A stretch of 33,089 bases of DNA from a virus (taxonomy: Duplodnaviria; Heunggongvirae; Uroviricota; Caudoviricetes): positions 1 through 33,089 of IMG/VR virus record IMGVR_UViG_3300028534_000003; one strand, written 5' to 3'. A program made the position numbers and the translations under genes. Below the pieces are notes generated by a model that was not told the DNA's origin, did no database searches, and saw only the letters and a program-made list of their open reading frames with translations. Within the stretch, counting starts at the first letter, position 1. Each line of letters opens with the position of its first letter. This document shows, piece after piece, positions 1 through 5,161 of this stretch.

Positions 1-7
1 GCCAGTA

Positions 8-730
8 ATGGAAATAGAAGTAATAAGAGTAAATGAGTTAGTACTACATGAGCTAGCTGAATCAACACCGATGATGAATGACGAGCAATATGCAGCATTA
101 AAGCACTCAATAGAGCAGAATGGACAACAGGAACCAATAACTGTGTACAGAGGTAAGATAGTTGATGGTAGGCATAGATGGCTAATAATGCAAGATATTG
201 GTAGCCCAACAATAAAAGCTGTACGATTGCCGAATAACACTACAATAGCTGAATTGGAGTCACTAGTCCAAGCCAAAGAAACTAGAAGACATGAAACAGC
301 AAGTCAATTAGCAATTAGAGCATACAGACTATCACTTAGAGATGGATATACGCAAGCAAGTGCTGCTAAGGAATTAGGAGCTAATGTTAAGAGAGTTAGT
401 GAAGCTAAAAAGATAGCTGTCACATATAAGCGAGAGGATATATTAGAGCTATTACATAGAGGTAAGAAACTTAACATAGGCACAGAAGTAATACCATTCA
501 ATACAGATAGCCTAGGTACAATATGTAGATGGTTGGCTGAAAATAACACAATACTACCAGCTATTGAAACATCAATTGGTAAAAGAAAACAGTTAAATGA
601 TAGTGAGATAGCACTAATCAATAGCTACTTCAACATAATACATCAAGAGAGTACATTAGTAGTTGAAGAACTAGCTAGTATGCTATACGCATCAGTCAAA
701 GAAAAGATGCAAAGAGACACTAACACATAG
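8..730 (+). CDS. ParB/Srx-like N-terminal domain protein with probable HTH
   Basis: 240 aa; QEPITVYRGKIVDGRHRWL matches the ParB-N motif (P-I-x-V...IVDGxHR). YTQASAAKELGANVKRVS is HTH-like. The start lies at the window edge, so no RBS is visible. Confidence 0.75.
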   Translation: MEIEVIRVNELVLHELAESTPMMNDEQYAALKHSIEQNGQQEPITVYRGKIVDGRHRWLIMQDIGSPTIKAVRLPNNTTIAELESLVQAKETRRHETASQLAIRAYRLSLRDGYTQASAAKELGANVKRVSEAKKIAVTYKREDILELLHRGKKLNIGTEVIPFNTDSLGTICRWLAENNTILPAIETSIGKRKQLNDSEIALINSYFNIIHQESTLVVEELASMLYASVKEKMQRDTNT

Positions 731-776
731 GCTTAATAGCAAGGAACAATAGTGAACTATAAGAGTGAGGCAATGA

Positions 777-829
777 GATAACCGCAAGGATGTGTGAGGC
801 GCCGTAGGGGCCCACATCCGAGGATTATC
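777..829. other. GC-rich intergenic stem-loop
   Basis: GATAACC (777-783) pairs with GG-A-TTATC (822-829); GGATGTG (788-794) with CACATCC (813-819); inner GGCGCC-GTA-GGGGCC has one G-G mismatch. Confidence 0.6.
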
Positions 830-859
830 GAATAACGAACGGATAAGATTAAAGGTAGG

Positions 860-1417
860 GTGATGGCATTTGTAAGTGTAGATGGTAGTGGTAAAGTTAA
901 GAACCGTAGGACTAGTAAGAAGAGTAAGGCTAATAGTGATAAGAAGAGCGGTAAAGGTATGGTGTATGTAATCAAGATGGAATTAGATAGTAATGAGATT
1001 GTATACAAGATAGGAGTTAGTAATAGATGGAGTATCACTGAAAGGTTAGCTGAGGTATTAGTTGGATTCTTCAATGTATATAGGTATGTACCAAGGACAG
1101 AGGTTAGACGATATAAGAGAGTTGATAGTTACTACCAGGTTGAGAGTTACTTGCATAGGAAGTTCAAGGATAGTAAATATGAGTTTGATAAAGTGTTTGG
1201 AGGTAGTAGTGAATTCTTCATGGTGGATGAGGATGAGCTGTTGGAAGTGTATGATGAAGTGATAGAGAATGTAGCTGATTATGTGTGGACAGGTAATGGC
1301 GGTAAGACAAAGGCTAAGGTTGTAGTTGATGAAATGATAATTGAGGAAGTTGTAGAAATCATTGACGATGATATTGTTGTATGTGATGACGAAGTGGTAG
1401 TGATAGACGACTATTAA
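860..1417 (+). CDS. T5orf172/Mug113-type (GIY-YIG-like) domain protein
   Basis: Motifs VYVIKM, YKIGVS, ERL, VESYLHRKF and SSEFF follow the T5orf172 pattern. Basic N-terminus, acidic C-terminus. Start is GTG 860 or ATG 863. Confidence 0.7.
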   Translation: MMAFVSVDGSGKVKNRRTSKKSKANSDKKSGKGMVYVIKMELDSNEIVYKIGVSNRWSITERLAEVLVGFFNVYRYVPRTEVRRYKRVDSYYQVESYLHRKFKDSKYEFDKVFGGSSEFFMVDEDELLEVYDEVIENVADYVWTGNGGKTKAKVVVDEMIIEEVVEIIDDDIVVCDDEVVVIDDY

Positions 1418-1446
1418 GTAGTAATGAAGGTTTGTATTGGTATAAT
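1414..1446 (+). promoter_or_regulatory. Promoter, copy of the repeated TAAG-N6-TAAG-N11-TATAAT motif
   Basis: TTAAG-tagtaa-TGAAG-gtttgtattgg-TATAAT upstream of the ClpP-like gene. Confidence 0.65.
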
Positions 1447-1477
1447 TGGGTACTATATTAATAGAAATGGAGACAAT

Positions 1478-2077
1478 ATGGGTAAAAATAACGATAAATG
1501 CAAGAGAATACCAACATCAGTTATTGATAAGGTTATCGATGATGAGGTGTGGAGTAGTAATCTAGTACCAATAATTAGTGATGGCAGTAATCATACTGCA
1601 TATATCAGTAGTGAGATTAGTAGTCCGATTGAATACAATAAGTTCGTTCACTTCTTAGGTATGCTAGGTAAGGATGATAAAGTTAAGTTGTACTTGAATA
1701 GTCCTGGTGGGATGATTGATAGTTGTATGATGATTAGTAATGCTATTAAGGACAGTAAAGCTACTGTTGTGGCTAGAATTGAAGGTGGTGCTGCTAGTGC
1801 TGCTACATTCATTGCAATGATGTGTGATAAGGTTGAAGTAGGTGATGATGCTCATTTCATGATACACAATTATAGCCATAGGGCATCAGGAACTGGTAAT
1901 CAGGTTAGAGAGTATGTCGAGTTCATGGATAGAGAATTAAAGAGTACATTTAAGAGAGTATATAAAGGTATATTAACTAAAGATGAAATAGTTAGTGTAG
2001 TTGAGCAGGATAAAGAGATATGGATTGGTGCTGAAGAGCTAAGAGATAGACTAAATAAGATTGGTAAATTAGCATGA
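1478..2077 (+). CDS. clpP: ClpP-like (S14) serine protease
   Basis: LYLNSPGG, AASAAT (catalytic Ser), FMIH (His) and DKEIWIGAEE (Asp region). Start moved from 1424 to ATG 1478 because of GGAG at 1469-1472 and the promoter at 1414-1446. Confidence 0.85.
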   Translation: MGKNNDKCKRIPTSVIDKVIDDEVWSSNLVPIISDGSNHTAYISSEISSPIEYNKFVHFLGMLGKDDKVKLYLNSPGGMIDSCMMISNAIKDSKATVVARIEGGAASAATFIAMMCDKVEVGDDAHFMIHNYSHRASGTGNQVREYVEFMDRELKSTFKRVYKGILTKDEIVSVVEQDKEIWIGAEELRDRLNKIGKLA

Positions 2078-3447
2078 GTAGATATGTAATACTAGATACT
2101 AATATACTGTTGTTGGATAGTAATAACTTATTTGAGTTTGGTGATGCCATTGTGGTGTTGCCAGAGACTGTGCTAGCTGAGCTAGATAGTAAGAAGAGTG
2201 GGTTTGATGAGATTAACTTCCAGGCTAGGGCATGTGGTAGATTACTAGCTAGTGCTGTGGTTGATAATATTGAGACTGATGAAGATTGTGTGTTCACTAG
2301 ATTGGTGATAGGTAATACTAACATATTAGTTGTTAGTATAGCTGATTACTATGATGCTGATGCTGATACTAGTAGTAAGAATGATCAACGTATATTATAT
2401 GTGGCTAATGAGTTAAAAGGCAGAGGATTAGACGTAGAGGTAGTAAGCAATGATGTGATGATGCGGTTAAGAGCAATTGCTGTAGGTATTGATGCCACTG
2501 ATATGAAAGCTGTGGATGATGTAGAGTTTGAGTTCGTTAAAGAGTTTGTTGTAGATGATTCAGAAGTGTTTAGAACACTACATAATGCAAGTATATTGGA
2601 CGTAGATAGTGATTATAAACTAGAGAATTATAATTATAAGTTCACATGTGCTACTACAGAACAGGTTAAATTAGCTACTATTAGTAGAGGGTTTATTAAT
2701 GTACTTGGTAAAGATACTGAGAGAGAGCTAAGGCGGCAAGATTGTGCACCTATTAATAGTGAGCAATTAATGGCAAGTAAAGCTATTCAAGATACTACTG
2801 TTGATATAGTAATGATTGAGGGACAAGCAGGCAGTGGTAAGAATATAGTGGCAGTTAGCAACGCTATAAAGCTGATGAGAACTAATAAGGATAAATACAG
2901 TAGTATTGTATATATCAGAAGCCCACAAAATGATGAAAGTATGGGTGAAGATATAGGATACTTAAGCACTAATGAGGCCAAGATGGATGTATACTTAGGT
3001 GCTATGGACGATACTCTTGATTTCATAGTTAGAAGTAGAATAAAGAAAGGTAGTAATGAGAAAGTGCAAGAGTACGAAGATAGGGTAGCTAGAGAGTTGA
3101 GTAAACTTATTGCTGACTATGGTGTAACTAGCACAATAAGTACAGGACTAAGAGGTAGAACATTTCATGATAGTATTGTTATAATTGATGAAGCACAAAA
3201 CACTAGTCCTGCTACAATGGTTAAGATACTGACTAGGGTTGGCAAGAATTGCAAGGTAATAGTTATAGGTAGTCAAAAGCAAATTGATAATAAATATATT
3301 AGTAAATACACTAATGGGTTAGCAGTGCTGATGAATGAAGCTAGTATCAGAAATATTGATACTGATGTTAATATGTATGCTATTACATTAGATAAAGTTG
3401 TTAGAAGTGATATGGCAGAATTTGCTGAAGCACTGTTCAGTAAATAA
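2074..3447 (+). CDS. phoH: PIN domain-PhoH ATPase fusion (PhoH2/YlaK-like)
   Basis: PIN acidic residues in ILDTNILL, VLAELD, KNDQRIL and VSNDV. Walker A GQAGSGKN, LRGRTF, Walker B IIDEAQN. ATGA overlap with the clpP-like stop. Confidence 0.9.
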   Translation: MSRYVILDTNILLLDSNNLFEFGDAIVVLPETVLAELDSKKSGFDEINFQARACGRLLASAVVDNIETDEDCVFTRLVIGNTNILVVSIADYYDADADTSSKNDQRILYVANELKGRGLDVEVVSNDVMMRLRAIAVGIDATDMKAVDDVEFEFVKEFVVDDSEVFRTLHNASILDVDSDYKLENYNYKFTCATTEQVKLATISRGFINVLGKDTERELRRQDCAPINSEQLMASKAIQDTTVDIVMIEGQAGSGKNIVAVSNAIKLMRTNKDKYSSIVYIRSPQNDESMGEDIGYLSTNEAKMDVYLGAMDDTLDFIVRSRIKKGSNEKVQEYEDRVARELSKLIADYGVTSTISTGLRGRTFHDSIVIIDEAQNTSPATMVKILTRVGKNCKVIVIGSQKQIDNKYISKYTNGLAVLMNEASIRNIDTDVNMYAITLDKVVRSDMAEFAEALFSK

Positions 3448-3462
3448 ATAAAGGAGGTTAAG

Positions 3463-3510
3463 ATGGCTTGTAAGAAGAAAAAGAAATCAACTACTAAGAA
3501 AAAGAAGTAG
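3463..3510 (+). CDS. 15-aa lysine-rich micro-ORF MACKKKKKSTTKKKK
   Basis: Strong SD AAGGAGG at 3451-3457, 5 nt before ATG; not in the ORF track. Confidence 0.55.
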   Translation: MACKKKKKSTTKKKK

Positions 3511-3543
3511 TTAAGTAACAGTTAAGGTAAGTAGTGATATACT
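3511..3543 (+). promoter_or_regulatory. Promoter for the leader and tRNA cluster
   Basis: TTAAG-taacag-TTAAG-gtaagtagtga-TATACT. Confidence 0.7.
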
Positions 3544-3572
3544 TACAGTAAGAATACGGAAAGGTAGATAAT

Positions 3573-3659
3573 ATGAGAGAATTTGCAATTAATATAAATC
3601 AGTTTAATCAATGGCATCCGCATAGCGGAGACTCTCTCATGGAATGGATTGATATTTAG
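3573..3659 (+). CDS. 28-aa putative attenuator leader peptide MREFAININQFNQWHPHSGDSLMEWIDI
   Basis: SD-like GGAAAGGT at 3558-3565. Codons 7-18 are 10/12 Asn/Gln/Trp/His/Pro/Ser, matching the six downstream tRNAs. Not in the ORF track. Confidence 0.7.
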   Translation: MREFAININQFNQWHPHSGDSLMEWIDI

Positions 3660-3680
3660 TATTGATCTATAATTGCCTAG

Positions 3681-3710
3681 AGGGGGTCGAGAAATCGGCT
3701 CCCTTTTTTT
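3681..3710 (+). terminator. Intrinsic terminator
   Basis: AGGGGGTCGA-GAAA-TCGGCTCCCT stem running into a T7 tract. Confidence 0.85.
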
Positions 3711-3741
3711 AATGCCCGAAAGTGGCAGTAAACTATTAGAT

Positions 3742-3819
3742 GGCAGGTGTAGCTCAGTTGGTTAGAGCGTCTGGCTGTGGTCCGGAAGGTCGCGAGTTCA
3801 AATCTCGTCATTTACCCCA
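3742..3819 (+). tRNA. tRNA-His(GUG)
   Basis: G-1, C73 and encoded CCA; anticodon arm TCTGG-CT GTG GT-CCGGA; T arm GCGAG-TTCAAAT-CTCGT. The acceptor stem has a C2:A71 mismatch. Confidence 0.9.
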
Positions 3820-3823
3820 AAAT

Positions 3824-3901
3824 GTGAGTATAGCGTGAGTCTGGTTTACGCAGTCGCTTGGAACGACAGATACGTAGGTTCAAATCCTACTGCTCGCACC
3901 A
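3824..3901 (+). tRNA. tRNA-Pro(UGG), atypical
   Basis: Acceptor GTGAGTA/TGCTCGC, A73, CCA; anticodon GTCG-CT TGG AA-CGAC (4-bp stem, A37); T arm GTAGG-TTCAAAT-CCTAC. Confidence 0.8.
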
Positions 3902-3904
3902 TAA

Positions 3905-3980
3905 TGGCGTGTAGCAAAGCGGTATGGGCAACTGGTTTTGATCCAGTGATTCGCAGGTTCGATCCCTGCCACGCCATCCA
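3905..3980 (+). tRNA. tRNA-Gln(UUG)
   Basis: Acceptor TGGCGTG/CACGCCA (U1-A72); anticodon ACTGG-TT TTG AT-CCAGT; T arm GCAGG-TTCGATC-CCTGC; CCA. Confidence 0.9.
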
Positions 3981-3990
3981 TTACAATTAA

Positions 3991-4064
3991 TTCCCGGTAG
4001 CTTGAAGGTCAAGCAGGTGTCTGTTAAACACAAGTTGGAGGTTCGATTCCTCCTCGGGGAGCCA
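3991..4064 (+). tRNA. tRNA-Asn(GUU)
   Basis: Acceptor TTCCCGG/TCGGGGA, G73, CCA; anticodon GTGT-CT GTT AA-ACAC; T arm GGAGG-TTCGATT-CCTCC. Confidence 0.9.
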
Positions 4065-4071
4065 TACATAA

Positions 4072-4147
4072 GTGTCGGTAGCTCCAATGGCAGAGCGTCG
4101 GATTCCAAATCCGAATGTTCAAGGTTCAAGTCCTTGTCGGCATGCCA
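4072..4147 (+). tRNA. tRNA-Trp(CCA)
   Basis: D arm GCTC/GAGC; anticodon TCGGA-TT CCA AA-TCCGA; T arm CAAGG-TTCAAGT-CCTTG; G73, CCA. Confidence 0.9.
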
Positions 4148-4148
4148 A

Positions 4149-4235
4149 GGTAAGTTGCTAGAGAGGGAATAGGCCCGGTTGCTAACCGGAGACAGGGTAA
4201 TACCTACATAGGTTCAAGTCCTATACTTACCGCCA
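4149..4235 (+). tRNA. tRNA-Ser(GCU)
   Basis: Acceptor GGTAAGT/ACTTACC, G73, CCA; anticodon CCGG-TT GCT AA-CCGG; long variable arm; T arm ATAGG-TTCAAGT-CCTAT. Confidence 0.9.
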
Positions 4236-4236
4236 A

Positions 4237-4269
4237 TTAAGACTACACTAAGCCAAATGATTGTATAGT
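4237..4269 (+). promoter_or_regulatory. Promoter for the terminase genes
   Basis: TTAAG-actaca-CTAAG-ccaaatgattg-TATAGT. Confidence 0.6.
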
Positions 4270-4300
4270 ATCGTATACAATACGATAATTAGGAATACAG

Positions 4301-5161
4301 ATGGCTAAAAAATCAAAAGAAAAAGTAAAACTGTTCACACTAGATGAGTTTGAAGAGAGAGCTGAAGATATAGAGGTAAAGATTAGGCATGAGACTAGTC
4401 CAATACCACAAGGATTAACTAAAGACAAGTTAAAGAGATTATTAGGTAGACAGTTGTCAAGTAGAGTAACTGATGGTGTAATGGAACTAATAAAGAATAT
4501 GGAAGCTGATACCGATTTGGATCAGGATAGCATGGAAGAAAGGGTAGTAAGTTACATCAGCATCATGCAAGAAATGAAAGTTAGTATGACTCAGTACGTT
4601 AATGCAGTTAAATACTGTGTACTGAAGAGAAACTTGAGGAGTAATAAGAAGGCATACGAGATAGTATTCCCAGACAGGGTTGCTGCATATGAAGCTGAGG
4701 TTAAAAGACGTGCTGAAGCTGGTGAACCAGCAATGAAGGTAACACTAGATACAAAGGTTAGTAACTACAACTCAGGTGATTTAGTTGTGCGAATAGATCA
4801 AATGATGGCAGTAGAGTGGTCATTGTTGCACTATAATGATAGAGAGAATGCATTATATACACTAATTAATTTAAGTAAGGGTAAAGCAGCTCCGGCTCCG
4901 GATGGATCACAGCTGACAGTTACACCAATGGTACAAATGCAAGCTGCTAGTAAAGTAGTTGATATACTAGCCCCTGCTGAAGAGAAAGCTGCTAAGTTAG
5001 ATATTAATGTCAGTAGTGGTATACAACAGAACCTAGCTGAACAATTGGCTAAGATGACTGAAATACAAATGGCTAAGTTAAAAAGTGGTAGTAGCATAGA
5101 AGATATACAGCAGATAGGATTGAATAGCGACACTATTGATGCGGAGGTTATAGATGAATGA
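4301..5161 (+). CDS. Probable terminase small subunit (N4 gp69-like position)
   Basis: Directly upstream of and overlapping terL; YVNAVKY, AYEIVFPDR and VQMQAASK resemble N4-like small subunits. Confidence 0.55.
   Translation: MAKKSKEKVKLFTLDEFEERAEDIEVKIRHETSPIPQGLTKDKLKRLLGRQLSSRVTDGVMELIKNMEADTDLDQDSMEERVVSYISIMQEMKVSMTQYVNAVKYCVLKRNLRSNKKAYEIVFPDRVAAYEAEVKRRAEAGEPAMKVTLDTKVSNYNSGDLVVRIDQMMAVEWSLLHYNDRENALYTLINLSKGKAAPAPDGSQLTVTPMVQMQAASKVVDILAPAEEKAAKLDINVSSGIQQNLAEQLAKMTEIQMAKLKSGSSIEDIQQIGLNSDTIDAEVIDE

Larger units (their letters stand above)
3573..3710 (+). promoter_or_regulatory. Putative transcription attenuator (protector 1:2, antiterminator 2:3, terminator 3:4)
   Basis: 1:2 is ATGAGAGA 3573-3580 with TCTCTCAT 3633-3640. 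2:3 is GACTCTCTC 3630-3638 with GAGGGGGTC 3680-3688, plus inner stems 3641-3645/3672-3677 and 3647-3654/3660-3667. 3:4 is the terminator. Confidence 0.7.

Noticed and set aside
773-781. ATG AGA TAA minigene that could sequester tRNA-Arg
   Set aside because: The GAGG lies only 2 nt from the ATG, and such a triplet arises easily by chance.
1424-1477. ORF-track N-terminal extension of the ClpP-like gene
   Set aside because: It overlaps the promoter -10 box; ATG 1478 has a proper SD.
3555-3650. CsrA-sponge sRNA idea from four GGA motifs (ACGGA, GCGGA, ATGGA twice)
   Set aside because: The GGAs are not in convincing stem-loops, and the attenuator model explains the region better.
3668-3673. TATAAT as a separate promoter for the tRNAs
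   Set aside because: It lacks the phased TAAG boxes and lies upstream of the terminator, so its transcript would stop at about 3710.
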